This document shows, piece after piece, positions 1-14,319 of a stretch of DNA of 64,000 nt. The number at the start of each line of letters is the position of its first letter. Positions within the stretch are counted from its first letter, which is position 1. A program made the position numbers and the translations under genes. This stretch comes from Leucoraja erinacea. Taxonomy: Eukaryota. The stretch is from NCBI RefSeq assembly GCF_028641065.1, contig NC_073409.1, positions 11,594,001 through 11,658,000 on the forward strand. The letters run 5' to 3'. Below the pieces are notes generated by a model, which was not told the DNA's origin, searched no databases, and was given only the letters and a program-made list of their open reading frames with translations.

Positions 1-398
1 GTGTTTTCGATGTTTCTGCTCCCATTGCTCCTGCCGCAAACAAGCAAAGCACTGAGGAATACGAACTGTGTTCGGTTGCTGCAAGCATCACAATGACAAC
101 CAACTGAAATAGGACTGGGGACAAGTAATGGAATGTGGCCATGGTACCAGTGGAGATTCCATACTCAACCCAGCATCTGGGTTGAAAAACAATCAGCTGG
201 AGTGGAAGCACTCAAATCCTCAGCCCATTCCAGCCCAGGAATGGGAATCACTGCTGGCAACAATTTTGGACAATAAGCTATAGATGATGCAGAGAAAGCA
301 AAGTTATGCAAATTTCTTAGGATTCAGAATGACGCATACAAGGTACAGATTTGTCAGAGATGGCTCAGATACCCCAGTGAGGGTCATGGGGTCCATAC

Positions 399-485
399 CT
401 TTAGTCTTGATGTCTTTTCATGCAACGTGACCATTTCCCTGCGAATGTTCACCAGTTTATCGTGGTAACATTTGGCCTCTGTGAA
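399..485 (-). CDS. BLOC1S6: BLOC-1 subunit 6 (pallidin), coding exon 4; final exon lies left of the window
   Basis: ttcctgcag|FTEAKCYHDKLVNIRREMVTLHEKTSRLK|gtatgg; 87 nt, phase 0/0; matches pallidin FAEAKHYHAKLVNIRKEM... Confidence 0.93.
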
Positions 486-753
486 CTGCAGGAAAATAGT
501 TTCATTTGTTGTTAGGTGTACCGAAGTAGTGAATAGATGACATAATCACTGAGAAACATATCCATCTAATATTGTTAGCCATAGGCTGAGTTAAGAATGT
601 GTACAAGTTAAAGAAGCCCTCCCACAACCAAGTGGAACTCTGATATGTCTGGAGAGTAGGCAGATGATTAGTGGGATAACATAGAGTGAACAGGTGATCA
701 ATGGTCGGCATGGACTCGGTGGGTTGAAGAGCCTGTTTCCATGCTGTATCTTA

Positions 754-1390
754 GAAACATAGAAACATAGAAATTAGGTGCAGGAGTAGGCCATTCGGCC
801 CTTCGAGCCTGCACCGCCATTCAATATGATCATGGCTGATCGTCCAACTCAGTATCCCGTACCTGCCTTCTCTCTATACCCTCTGATCCCCTTAGCCACA
901 AGGGCCACATCTAACTCCCTCTTAAATATAGCCAATGAACTGGCCTCGACTACCCTCTGTGGCAGAGAGTTCCAGAGATTCACCACTCTCTGTGTGAAAA
1001 AAGTTCTTCTCATCTCAGTTTTAAAGGATTTCCCCCTTATCCTTAAGCTGTGACCCCTTGTCCTGGACTTCCCCAACATTGGGAGCAATCTTCCTGCATC
1101 TAGCCTGTCCAACCCCTTAAGAATTGTGTAAGTTTCTATAAGATCCCCTCTCAATCTCCTAAATTCTAGAGGGTATAAACCAAGTCTATCCAGTCTTTCT
1201 TCATAAGACAGTCCTGACATCCCAGGAATCAGTCTGGTGAACCTTCTCTGCACTCCCTCTATGGCAATAATGTCCTTCCTCAGATTTGGAGACCAAAACT
1301 GTACGCAATACTCCAGGTGTGGTCTCACCAAGACCCTGTACAACTGCAGTAGAACCTCCCTGCTCCTATACTCAAATCCTTTTGCTATGA
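754..1390 (-). mobile_element. CR1-type (HER1-like) LINE 3' fragment, young
   Basis: ORF 849..1442 LYRVLVRPHLEYCVQFWSP...VQRRFTRLIPG...WNSLP is the CR1 ORF2 C-terminus; (TTCTATGT)n-type tail at ~754-772; near-identical 3' end recurs at ~58655-58826. Confidence 0.9.
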
Positions 1391-2594
1391 AATATCTTTC
1401 TGTGAACAGCAGCCAATGTCTCACCAGTTCACCACATTTCAATATCTATCATAACTGACCTGCTAACTGATGCAAGGTAAAACCATTAAAATATATAGGT
1501 GGTAACCTATTTTGCAGCAGGTTAATGAGGTAGTGCAGACAGGCTCTGCCTTATTCATTACCAGGAATACAAAAGTAACAACTAGCAGTGAGATACAAAA
1601 AAAGTTCTCTACTCTTGTCATTCATTAATACCATGGTTATTCTTTACTTAAATATCACTTACCTACACTCTCTCCACAGATTTCTGGATATTAAGGGAAT
1701 TCATTGTTATCCTTTTTGAATAAACTCAATGACATCCTCTGTTGTATTGAAATGCAAAGATTCATCGCCTCCCAAGTGAAGAACTTTCTCCTATCTCAGT
1801 CCAATGTGGCCTCTCTGCCGCTCCGAGCTGTGACCCCAATCCTGAACTCTTCTGCTGTAGAAATAGTCCCCCTTGCATCTAGCCTTTCAAATAAATCATC
1901 TCAGATTTCTCCAAACTCAGAACCGAGTATTCAACTTTTCCTCACATGACAAACTCGCTTTCACTGGAACCAGTCTAGTGGACTTTCACCACATTCCCAT
2001 CATGGCAAATCAATGCCTTTTTGTATTTTCTGTTCAAATGGCATCCAGTCCTTAATTATCAAATGTTACAAGAGTCACATTTCCTTGATCTGATTATATG
2101 CCAAGCAACAATCACAGCATTGTTACTAAAATCAGTTGCCCCTCCCCACGATCATGTAAATCAGTAGCCTGCCTCCTAAAAATCAGCCCCCATCCCACCA
2201 AAGAGCTGGCAGCAGCACTTGGAGATGAAAGGCCTTTCCTTTGCTGGGAGAATGCGATTCTGATGCCAGTTGAAACCTTGTGCTGCCTTTTCATCCCTTA
2301 ATCAGCCTGCATTTATCTATTTATTTTTATTATTATTTATTTAATTCTTTATTTCGAGCGGAATAAAAGAATAAAAAGCAAGTGTGAAACAGCATACAAA
2401 AAACAAACAAAAAACAAAACAGGAATATTTATAAAGTGTCATAAACAATATTTATAAATAAATGAAATCGTAATGGTTCGAAAAGGAGCAGGAAGAAGCC
2501 AAAGCTTATTAATTCCCACCCCTTATTTAACTGCTTATAATTATCTTAAACAAATTCAGCAGCTATAATTTAGCAGCATTAAAATTGTACTTAC

Positions 2595-2682
2595 TAGTGC
2601 ATTAATATCCAGCACCAAATGACACTCACGGAATTTAGCAATCTGTTGCTCCAGGGTGTCCAATAATACCACCTGATTCTGT
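2595..2682 (-). CDS. BLOC1S6: Pallidin coding exon 3
   Basis: ttctag|(T)QNQVVLLDTLEQQIAKFRECHLVLDINAL|gtaagt; 88 nt, phase 2/0. Confidence 0.94.
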
Positions 2683-4632
2683 CTAGAACAGATAAAATAC
2701 AAAGAGTTTTAAAAAGTGACCAAGTTCATCGCTATTCTCAGCTCCATTTCATACAACATGCATCGATTTCCACCGAAAAGCTATGTTCCTCCTAGGATTT
2801 TCAGAGAAACAGACTGGAACACTGACACTCAGCTACAGCAAGGCTCAACATCACAGCAAGTCATTCACAATCACCTGCATACAGTCAGACCCACTTGCCT
2901 TCCCTCCATGTTCCCCCATGACACATACTCTCGACCCCTAAATTACCCCAGCTATGACCCTCTTGCAGTCTGTTCTAGGTTTAATGAACTGTTAGATTTT
3001 CTCTGCAGTGAGTCTGCTTCCCTTTATTCCAATTGCTAATATCAAACATCATACTTTATTTCTAATCTTTTATAGTATTTGCAGGTTTACACCACATCAT
3101 TACTCAGTCACATCACATCTTTGCAATTCCCTTATTCTTCACTTTAACCTCTCTGATGGATGAGATTAGTGCACCTTTGAGCTGACTATATAAAGTCCCC
3201 TGACACTTTCATTATACAGGTACTTGCAATCTTCCAATTTACATATTTGCCAGACGAGCATTGGTTCTATGTAGAAATGCTGAAGGTGACAAATTAAACA
3301 TAATGCAGGCAATGCAAAGCTTGGTAGACAGGGCAGGAAAGCAGAATCCTTTTTAAAAGCTGGGAAACTGTAAACGTGGGTTTAGAGTGCTGGGTGCTGG
3401 TGAACATTCAGGGAACCCTCTCCTTCGAAGGATGAGGGAAGGGCAGCGTGGACATCACATTTCCTCATCTTATAAACCATTTTCCAGATATTTGCCCACA
3501 CACGTCACCCATCTATCTTTGAACATTTTTAATGTAGCGGTAGACAAACATTTGATTAAAAGTAAGAGAACCATAAATGGACAGAAACATAGAGGTGAAG
3601 TTACAGTACGATCAGCTGTGACCTTATTAAATGGTGGGGCAGGCTCTTGGGCCTGGGCCTACTTCTGCATCTAACTTGTATGTTTGTCACTTGCTGAGTG
3701 AGGCTCAACACAATTGATATGGGGATGACATCTTTTGGGGATAGCTCGAGATTCTGAAACGTGGAGGACTAAAAAAGCCAAAAGGACACTGAAAGCAAAG
3801 TCATAGTTTTTCCTTGGTACTTTTATCAATTTGTGGAGCCTGTGTTAATGGCAAATAACATTCCCACTGGAATTATCTGTATGGAAAAAACATCCAATGT
3901 AATTTTAATACTGATTTAGGCAAAAATCAATTAGTCATGCAACTTTATTCAGTTCTCATTATAGTTGATACTGGCAAGGTCAGCATTTATTATTCATCTG
4001 CAAAACTGTACAAGTGACAAGCTACTGTCTTGAACCACTGCTGCGCCGTACAGGGAGATTTCTTCCACAGTGCAGTACTCAATGTGCTTTGGTCATTATC
4101 TGGTGGTTCTGCTTGTTTAATTCTCCTTTTGTTTTTGTCATAATGGGTTAGTGCAGCAGAACACTTGCCAGGCCAGGTTAGAGTGCACATGGGAAACATG
4201 TCAGAGCAGGCCCAAACCCAGAGAGGCAGGTTCCCTTCCCTCAACAACACTTGTGAAACGTACATTATTTTAAAATGTCAATTTGTTTGATCGTGATCAC
4301 AAATAAAGACACTTTAGGTGTGGATTAGTTATTTCAATGAATTTAAATTCCCAGTAACCACAGTAAGAGCTGGCTCAGGGCCGGAATCTTAAGCCCTCTG
4401 GATCACTGGTCCTGTGATTTAACCACCTTGCTTCTGTTCCCATCTACAATATTGATCTGATCAAACAGAATGAGAACTAATGGCACATAAAAGCTGCAGA
4501 AAAGCAGAATATTTCAATTTGTCACCAGATTGTCTCTCAGCTTATTCCTCATAAAAAGTACACTTGCTAAGCAAATAGCAAAACAATCAATAATTAATCA
4601 ATACCCGAGCATAAATACTTTCATAGACATAC

Positions 4633-4777
4633 GTCAGTTCCTGCAGGGCATTTTTCAATTGCTTTAGATCGGGGAGGTAGTGAGATATTAATCCTTCTGT
4701 CAGCTTTTCCACTGTCTCCTGATTCACACACGATAACTCGCCAGAGCTCTCAAACTCTGTAATGCTTTCACTGAGAC
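4633..4777 (-). CDS. BLOC1S6: Pallidin coding exon 2
   Basis: tgtctcag|(G)LSESITEF...VEKLTEGLISHYLPDLKQLKNALQEL(T)|gtatgt; 145 nt, phase 1/2. Confidence 0.93.
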
Positions 4778-5679
4778 CTGAGACACAGGAAGGAGCAGAG
4801 TGGGAAATGATTAACATCACGCAATCCTCACCCACCTTACAATTCAAGCAACAAGCAAATTTGTCAGCATAAGCCCTTTCGTGTTCAAAATTAAAATCTA
4901 TTTCTCTTTGGTTAATTATTAAGCGCAGAACAGTGTGTGCATTGCAGCATTTACACTGCTGCCTGGTTACGTAGAGCTGGATTAGGGCACGAAGTATAAA
5001 TGGCAAGAGGCTGCAGATTTGAGATGTGGAGGGTTTGGGTGCCCATGCGCCTGTTCCACAGAGGCAAGTATGCTGCACAGCAAGTCATTCAGAAAGTGTG
5101 CACCACGGACTCTGGAACAGCTTCTTCTCCCTCTGTTATCAAACTTCTGAATGGTCCTTCCATAATCCAGAGTACTGCCCAATACATCTCTACCCCATTG
5201 TGTACATTGGATTTTTGTCTCTGAAACTGATGCACTGCAATGCTGTGAACTATATTCTGTATTCTATATCTTCCCCTTTGCTCTACCTATTGTACTCGAG
5301 TTTGACATGATTATATTTATGTATAGTATTATCTGATCTGATTGGATGGTGTGCAAAACAAAGCTTTTCACTATACCTTGGTACATGTGAGAATAATAAA
5401 CCATAATAATAATGTCATAAGAATCTTATTACCTGTACCTCACATCAGTCTAGATTAAATTCCATCTGCCACTGCTCCACCCAATTTTTCAACTGATTTA
5501 TGCCCTGCAGTATTCTTAAACAAGATCTTCGCAATCTATAATTTCACCAATTGCCACGTGGAGCTTTGCCAAAAGCCTTCCTGAAATCCACTACTTTCTT
5601 CATCAATTTTCATAGTTACCTCTTCAAAGAAAAACTCAGACCTGCAAGTACTAGTTCCTTGAAGTGGCGTCACAGGTGC

Positions 5680-6300
5680 TGCAGATAGGATGGCTAAGGC
5701 GACTTTTGGAACATTGGCCATTGGTCAGGGTATTGAACATGGAAGTTGTGCTGTTATGTTGCAGTTGTTCATGATGTTGGCAAGAGTATACTTGCAGTAT
5801 TGTGTTCACGTTTGGTCACCCTACTATAGGAAGAATGCTGTTAAGCTGGAAGAGTGCAGAGGAGATTTACAAGAATATTGCCAGGACCTGAGGGCCTGAG
5901 TTGTAGGAAGAGGTTGGGCAAGATAGAATTTGGAGTGCATAAGGCTGAGGGGTGACATTGTAGAGGTATATAAAAACATGAATGGAACAGTTTTTTATCC
6001 AGAATAGGGGAATTAAAAACCAGGGGACATAGGTTTAAGGTGAGAGGGGAAAGATTTATTTGGAATCTGAAGCACCTTTTTCACAAAAAGGGTAGTGTGT
6101 ATATGGAATGAGCTGCCAGAGGAGGCAGTTAAGACAGGTACTGTAACAACATTTTGAGAGACATTTAGACAGATACACAGATAGGAAAGGTGTAGAGATA
6201 TGGGCCAAACGCCGACAGGTGGGACTAGCTTAGATGGGGCATCTTGGTCGGCATGGACAAGTTGAGCCAAAGGGCCTATTTCTATGCTGTGTGACTCTAC
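5680..6300 (+). mobile_element. Degraded CR1-type LINE 3' fragment
   Basis: LQYCVHVWSPYYRKNAVKLE motif and CR1-like 3' UTR. Confidence 0.75.
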
Positions 6301-6409
6301 GGTACCTGGCCAATGGATTTCCATGCCCAACGATCCGTAGATACCAATCCACTTAAATATTGTCAATGACTCTGCTTCCCTCACTGTCACCAGCAGTATA
6401 TTAGATAAT

Positions 6410-7760
6410 AGACAATAGGTGCAGAAGTAGGCCATTTGGCCCTTCAAACCAGCACCGCCATTCAATGTGATCAATCATTTACAATCAGTACCCCGTTCCT
6501 GCCTTTTCTCCATATCCCTTAACTCTGCTATCCCGAAGAGCTCTATCTAACTCTCTCTTGAAAGCATCCAGAGAACCAGCCTCGACCGCCCTCTGAAGCC
6601 GAGACTTCCACACACTCACAACTCTCTGAGTGAAAAGGTTTTTCGTCGTCTCCTTTCTAAATGGGTTACCACTTATTTTTAAACTATGGCCCCTGGTTCT
6701 GGACCACCGACATTAAGAACTCGCTTCCTGCCTCTAGCATGTCCAAACCCTTAATAATCTTATATGTTTCAATAAGAGCCCCACTCATCCTTCTAAACTC
6801 GAGAGTGTACAAGCCCAGCCGCTCCAATCTATCAACATATGACAGTCCCGCCATCCCGGGATTTAACCTCGTGAACCTACGCTGCACTCCCTCAATAGCA
6901 AGAATATCCTTTCTCAGGTTTGGAGACCAAAATTGCACACAATACTCCAGGTATGGTCTCACTAGGGCCCTGTACAACTGCAGGTGGACCTCTTTGATCC
7001 TATACTTAACTCCTCTTGTTATGAAGCCTAACATGCCATTCACTTTCTTCACTGCCTGCTATACCTGCATGCTTACTTTCAGTGATTGATGAACAAGGAC
7101 CCCCAGGTCCCCCTGTACTTCCCCTGTACTTTTCCCAACTGCCTTCCTGTTTTTGCACCAAAGTATAGATCTCACATTTATCCACATTAAACTGCCTTCC
7201 TGTTTTCACCCACCTGTCCAGTCACCCTGCATCCTCATAGCATCCTCACAGTTCACACTGTTGGCTCATATCAATGTACTCACAATTCTGCGTGAAAAAG
7301 GCCCCCTGAAAAACCAACATCTGAGTTTGTTGTTTCATCATTCTGGTGAAACTCCTCTGCACACTCCCCAGCACTATCACATCCTTCCTATTGTGAGGTG
7401 ACCATAACTGCCTGCAGTACTCAATCTGACAAATATAAAAGTTGGAGAACAACCTCTCTGCTGTTGTACTCAATGACCCAATTAAAGGCAGCCGATGTCC
7501 CATCGGTATTTTTAAACACATTATCTACTTGTGCTACCACCTTTGTGGATCTTTCGCCTGGTCTACTTTTGGACATCCCTTTGTTCCTCAAAACCCTATT
7601 ATTCATGGAGCATGTCCCAGCCTCATTAGTACTCCCAAAATATATTATCTCACATCTGTCAGGATTAAGTTCTATCTGCCATTTCTCAGGCCAGCACGTC
7701 GACATGACCCTGTAGTCCCGACTACCCCTCACACAGTCAACATCAATCTGTGTGTCATTG
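6410..7760 (-). mobile_element. CR1-type LINE fragments (at least two)
   Basis: ORF 6684..7052 LYRALVRPYLEYCVQFWSP; 7421..7732 WQIELNPDRCEIIYFG. Confidence 0.8.
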
Positions 7761-7979
7761 ATGAATTTACTGGTGGTGCTCCTACATCCAACTCACTCAC
7801 GGACATTACATGCAGCAAGGGTTATCAAGCACCGGTTCCTATGGGACTGCGCTAGTCACAAAACACCCCCACCTTGTCTCCCTCACTGTGGACACGAGTT
7901 ATCCTCCTGCCGTCTCCCGCATTGTGGACACGAGTTATCCTCCTGCCACCACCATGGCCGACAAGATGCAGAATTATCC

Positions 7980-8460
7980 CGCAGAGCACCAGCAAGCCCT
8001 ACCTGCGGCGGCCTTGGGCCAAGCGGAGGCGCCCTGAGCAGAGTCCCCAGGCTCCATGGTTTACCGGCCGCGCCGGGCCTCACACCGGCGGCCTCCTGTT
8101 GGTGTAATGGGAAAAGGTCAAGGCGGTAACCGACCAGTGGAACAGGCCGATCCGTGGCCCACCTCGCCCACTCCCCGGCCCGAACGTCCACCCCTCGCCC
8201 AGCGCCAGCCCGGACCCGCGCCCGTCATCCACCGTATAAATACATATAATCCGTGTAAGTACATATACAAACACAAGCCGCTTGCGCCGCAACAGCTAAC
8301 AGTATGCAGGAGTCGAGATGTGTTCCGGGAAAGACCGAGGCTGCGCTTCATGCCCTGATTCCGCCTCCAGCGGAACCCGGCTCGTCGAGAGAACTCGCTC
8401 CGTCCCACAGGCCCGACCCTCGTACCCTCTCCACCAGAGCCCCAGACATCGGATCTGTCC
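7980..8460. promoter_or_regulatory. CpG island / BLOC1S6 promoter and 5' region
   Basis: GC- and CpG-rich block in an AT-rich background, overlapping and upstream of the predicted exon 1. Confidence 0.65.
8003..8057 (-). CDS. BLOC1S6: Pallidin coding exon 1 (probable)
   Basis: aaccATGG strong Kozak, MEPGDSAQGASAWPKAAA(G)|gtaggg; phase 1 joins exon 2 in frame; lies in a CpG-rich island; N-terminus poorly conserved, so the call rests on splice signals and phase. Confidence 0.7.
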
Positions 8461-8814
8461 AATTCTACTCGCGTCCTTTACTCCGCTACCACTTATTTAT
8501 TTACTATAGGTTGCTCATTTCTCGCTTTCCATAAATTCCAAGGTGCTTTCCCCGATTCTGCCAGTGAAAATGATGCAAACGCCCCTCCCATTCCTTTATT
8601 TATTTTATAATTTCTGAGTGTATCTGCAGAACCCTCGTCGTCTTTCCCAAGTTTCGTTTTACATAGTTACAGAAATTAGTGTAATATGCATAAATAAGGA
8701 ACTGCAAATGCTGGTTACTAAAAACGGCACCAAGTGCTGGAGTAGCTCAGCGGGTCAAGCAGCATCTCTGGAGAACATGGATAGGTTGGGTGATGTATCA
8801 AATGATTACTTGCA

Positions 8815-11800
8815 GTGACTGGTGTACAAGGACACCCAGGACTTGTTGCACCTCCCGTTTTCCTAATCTGACACTATTAAGATAATCATAACTTTTTTTT
8901 TATTCTTGCCACCAAAGTGGATAATCTCACATTTATCCACATTATACTGCATCTGGTTTGCATCTGCCCACTCACCCAACCTATCCAAGTCACCCTGCAG
9001 CCACATAGCACCCTCCTCGCAACTCACACTGCCACCCAGCTTTGTGTCATCCCAAAACGTGGAGATGTGACATTTAATTCCCTCGTCTAAATCGTTAATA
9101 TATATATATATTTTTTATAAATCATGTTTCTCTGGGTATCTAAATTTTTAGTTGTTTGTTATGACATCGGATGGAAGCTGCATACTAAATCTCGTTGCAC
9201 CTATGTGCAATGACAATAAAATATATTATTATTATTGTAAATAATTGGTGTCCAAGCACTGAGCCTTGCGGCACCTCATTAGTCATTACCTGCCATAAAG
9301 GACCTGTTAATTCCTACTCTTTGCTTCCTGTCTACCAACCAGTTCGCTATCCATGTCAATACCCTACCCTCAATACCATGTACTCTAATTTGGCACACTA
9401 ATCTCTTATGTGGGACCTTACCAAAGGCTTTTTGAAAGTCCAGATACACCACATCCACTGGCTCTCCTTTATCCATTCTACTTGTTACATCCTCAAAAAA
9501 TTCCAGAAGGTTAGGCAAGCATGATTTCCCCTTCATAAATCCATGCTGACTTTGACCGATCCTGTCACTGCCTTCCAAATGTACTGCTATTACATCTTTA
9601 ATAATCGACTCAAGCATCTTCCCCACTACAGATGTCAGGCTAGCTGGCCTATAATTCATTTTTCTCTCTCCCTCCTTTCTTAAAAAGTCCACAGGAACTG
9701 ATCCAGAGACTATAGAACATTGGAGAATGATCACCAATGCAGCCACGATTTATAGGGCCACCTCCTTGAGTACTCTGGGATGCAGACCATCAGGCCTTGC
9801 CGATTTATCTGCTTTCAATCCCAACAGTTTACCTAACACAATTTCCTGATTAATGTGGATTCCCTTCAGTTCTCCCTCCCACTAGAACCTCGGTCCTCTA
9901 ATATTTCTGGCAAATTGTGAAGACATAACCAGAGTACTCATTTAACTGTTTTGCCATTTCCTGGTTTCCCATTATTAATTCACCTGTTGCTGCCTGGAAG
10001 GGACATACTGTACATTTGTCTTCACTAATCGGCCAATTCTGAAACTCCAAGCCGCGAGTGTGTTCCGATCTGTTCCGACGCTGGAGATTCGATCAACCCG
10101 GCGAGAGGGCCTGTGCATCGGGCCGTCCGACGCGGCGACTGCGGAGGATTCAAAGGCCCCGACCACGGGTGAACAAAGAGGAAGATGACTGAACTTCCAT
10201 CACAGTGGGAAACGTCGATTCCGTTGTGGTGGATGTTTATGTTAAACTCTATCGTGTATCGTGTTCTTTTTATTTGTATGGCTGTATGGTAACACCAATT
10301 TCACTGTACCAATTGGAGCATGTGACAATAAATATGAAGGTGAACATAATTTTTTCCTCTTCACATATCTAAAGAAGATTTTAGAGTCAGTGTTTATATT
10401 CCCCGAAACTTTCTTTCATGCTCTAATTTCCCCCTCTTAATTAACCCCTTTGTCCTCTGTTGAATTCAAAATTTCTCTCAGTCTTCCAGTTTGCTGCTTC
10501 CTCTGGCTAATTTATATGCCTCTTCCTTGGATTTAACACTTTCCTAATTTCCTTCGTTCGCCACAGTTGAGCCGCCTTCTTCATTTTATTTTTACGCCTG
10601 ACAGGGATGACTAGTTACATCCTCAAAAAATTCCAGAAGATTATTCAAGCATGATTTTCCTTTCGTAAATCCATGCTGACTCAGACCAATCCTGCTACTG
10701 CTATCCAAATATGCTGCTATTTCATCTTTTATAATTGACTCCAGCATCACCCCACCACCAATGTGTCAGGTTAACTGGTCTATAATTCCCTGTTTTCTCT
10801 CTCCCGCCTTTCTCAACAAGTGGGATAACATTAGCAACCCTCCAATCCACAGGAACTGATCCTGAATATATAGAGAATATTGGAAAATGATCACCAATGC
10901 ATCCACGATTTCTAGAACCACTTCCTTAAGTACCCTGGAATGCAGACCATCAGGCCCTGGGGATTTATCAGCCTTCAGTCCCATCAGTCTACCCAACACC
11001 ATTTCTTGCCTAGTGTGAATTTCCTTCAGTTCCTCCGTCACCCTAGATCCTCTGGCTGCTAGTACATCAGGGAGATCGTTTGTACCTTCCTTAGTGAAGA
11101 TAGAACCAAAGTACCTGTTTAACTCTTCTGCCATTTCCTTGTTCCCCAATAAGTCCACCATATTATGGTCACTGTTGCCCAAGGGGCTTTGCACAACAAG
11201 ATTGCTAACTAATCCTTCCTCATTCCACAATACCCAGTCTAGGATGGCCAGTTCTACACATTTGTTTACACAACCATCCCCTATACATTCCAGGATATCC
11301 TCGTCAGCATTGTAACCAATTTGTTTAGCCCAATCTATATGTAGATTAAAGTCACCCATGATAACTGCTGTACCTTTGCTACACGCATGCCTGGTTTCCT
11401 GTTTGATGTTATTCCTAACCTCACTACTGCTATTTGGTGGTCTGTACACATCTCCAACAAGCGTTTCCTGCCTTTGGCTATTTCGCGGTTCTACCCATAC
11501 AGATTGTACAGCATCCAAGCTAATGTCTCTCCTTGCTATTGCATTAATCTCCTCTTTAACCAGCAATGCCACCCCACCTCCTCTTCCTTTCTGTCTATCC
11601 TTCCTGAATCTTGAATACCCCCAGCATATTGAGCTCCCAGCCTTGGTCACCCTGGAGCCTCCGTAATCCCAACTATATCATATCCGTTAACAACTAACTG
11701 CGCATTTAATTCATCCACCTTATTACGAATGCTCCTCGCATTAAGGTACAAAGCTTTCAGACTTGTTTTTCTTTTCTCCCTTCTACTTTTTGCTTCTCCC

Positions 11801-13230
11801 CTCAACCTACAGCCCTCTGTCTCCCATCATTGGTTCCCATCCTCCTGCCCTATTAGTTTAAACATGATTTTTCCTACACTCTCTTTCCCATTAACTGCAC
11901 ACACACACTTCCACGTTGTTGCCCCCCCCCCCCTCTCAATATTTAGTTTAAACCCACCCGTGTAGCACTAGCAAACCTACCTGTCAGAATGTTGGTCCTC
12001 TTCCAATTAAGGTGCAACCTGTCCCTTTTGTACAGGTTACCTCTTCCCTAGAAGAGATCCCAGTGGTCTAGAAGCACAAATTTAGGTTCCTATTCATAAC
12101 TAAAATCCCTTATTCTTACAGCCATTCTCATGCATCTCCTCAACATCCACTTAAGACCAATTGTACCAGAAATAGTATTCCAGGTATAGCTTATCCAGAG
12201 CTTTATAAAGTTTCAGAACAATTTTCTAGAGGTAAGTTCCTCCAGCATTTTGTTTTTCTTGTGAACCATCCTCTGGACCATCTGCAATGGGGCCTAAGTC
12301 AGGTATGGGGCCTAAATCTGCTCATAATATTCCAAATAAGGCCTGACTTGCACCTTATAAAGCCTCATCATTACATCCTTGCTTTTATATTCTAGTCCTC
12401 TAGAAATGAATGCTGACATTGCATTTGCCTTTTCTCACCAACCCAACCAGCGTAATAACCTTCTGGAAATCCTACGCCAGCACTCTCAATCCCTTTGCAC
12501 CTCCAATTTCAGAACCCTCTCCCCATTTGGAAAATAGTCTGTGTCTTTATTCCTTTGACCAAAGTGCATGACCGTACACTTTGCTACACTCTATTCCATT
12601 TGACACTACATTGACCACTCTCCCAACCTATTCAATTCCTTCTGCAGGTCCCCTGCTTCCTGGCCATCCATCTATTTTCGTATCATCTGCAAACTTGGCC
12701 GCAAAGCCTTCAGTTCCATCATCCAGATCATTGATATGAAACGTAGCCGACCAACTCCTGAGGAACACTACTAGTCACCGGCAGCCAACAAGAAAAGGCC
12801 CCTTTATTCACACTCATTGCCTTCTGCTAGTCAGCCAATCTTCTGTCCATGCAAGTACCTTTCTTTGAATACCATGAGCTCCTATCTTATTTAGCAGCCT
12901 CACATGCGGCACCTTATCAGTGGCCCTCGGAAAATCCAACATCGTCCACTGACTCTCTTTTGTCTATCCTGCTTGTTACTTCGTCAGAGAATTCTAATAG
13001 ATTTGTCAGGCAAAATCTCCCCTTTACAAAACCATGCTGCATTCAGCATCCTATATCATGTACTTCGAAGTACCTGGAAACATGATCCTTATAATGGACT
13101 CTAAAATTTAACTAACCACCGAAGTCAGACTTCTGGCAAAAATTTCCTTTTTTTTGGCCACGCTCCTTCTTATACAGTGGGGGTTAGGTTACATTCATGA
13201 TTTTCAAGTCCTCTGGAACCATTCCTAACA
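8815..13230 (-). mobile_element. Cluster of CR1-type LINE fragments including endonuclease and RT regions, with nested insertions
   Basis: ORF 10766..11650 (RKDRQKGRGGGVALLVKE, VYRPP, IMGDFNLH, SDHN: APE endonuclease); ORF 9279..9746 (NYRPASLTSVVGKMLE, QHGFMKGKSC, VYLDFQKAF: RT). Confidence 0.88.
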
Positions 13231-14319
13231 GGTGATTCATGCTGAAGTGTAAAATCCCATATGCTTTGTTAAGCATTCACTCAACGTGTCCTGCCATCTT
13301 CAAACATGAATCTCAAGTCACACTATTGCTGCACATCCTTCAGAACAGTGCCATTAAGTTTTTATTGCATTTTTCCATTCCTTCTCCAAAAATGTATCAC
13401 CTCACAATTCAGTACTAAATTCTATTTCCACCCCTCTGCCCATTCTGCTCGCCGTTGTCATATTGCAGACAATTAAATTGTATTCCAATATTCATTTCAC
13501 TCACAGTGAACAAAGCATTCCCTTTGACCAGCGAACTCAACTTCTTCCACTTGCACACACCCCTCCCAACAACTACCAAAGCATACCCAACACATTAAAG
13601 ATAACCCCACCCATCTCTCAAGAGCTCTTAGCTCTTTGACATTTGCAGCCTGGTAATTGGGTTGAACAATGAAGCACTAGGCGTTAACCACACAAGGAAA
13701 ATATAAACAACATTCAATTGCCAAAGAAGATGCAGCGATCTCTGACCATCAGCCACATGATGAACTCATCCTTCAAGAGATCCATTTTTGTGGCATCCCA
13801 ACCCTTGGAAGAATTACTAACCTAATTGTAGAACAAGGCGACCAGGTGATTCTAGCATTAACATTGGCACACTGTCTGATAGATACACACAAAGTGCTGG
13901 AGTAACTCAGCAGATCAGGCAGCATATTTAGAGAAAAAGGAAGGGTGATGTTTCAGGTTGGAACCCTTCTTCAGACTTTTTTTCCAGAGATGCTGCCCGA
14001 CCCACTGAGTCTATCCTCAGTATAAATCTGCATTTGTAGTTCCTTCCTACACAACTGTCTATTGTGAAAATTAGACAACCACTTGCCACAACACGTTATC
14101 TTCCATCCTTGAGCCATTTTTTCAGAGCTGATCCTCAATTGTGTTCAATTTAAATTACTGGAGAAACTCGTTCGTCGAGCAGCATCTGTGGGAGGAAAAT
14201 AATTGTTGACGTTTTACTTGTCCAGACTCAACGCGAGGATTTAAGATTAATAAGCCAAAAAATCAATTGTAAAGTAAGAACAAATAATACTTGTCAGGTC
14301 GGACAGCTTCTGTGGAGAA

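Noticed and set aside
8080-8462. Alternative BLOC1S6 first-exon ORFs further upstream
   Set aside because: No ATG combined with an in-phase donor; the 8003-8057 candidate fits Kozak context, donor and phase.
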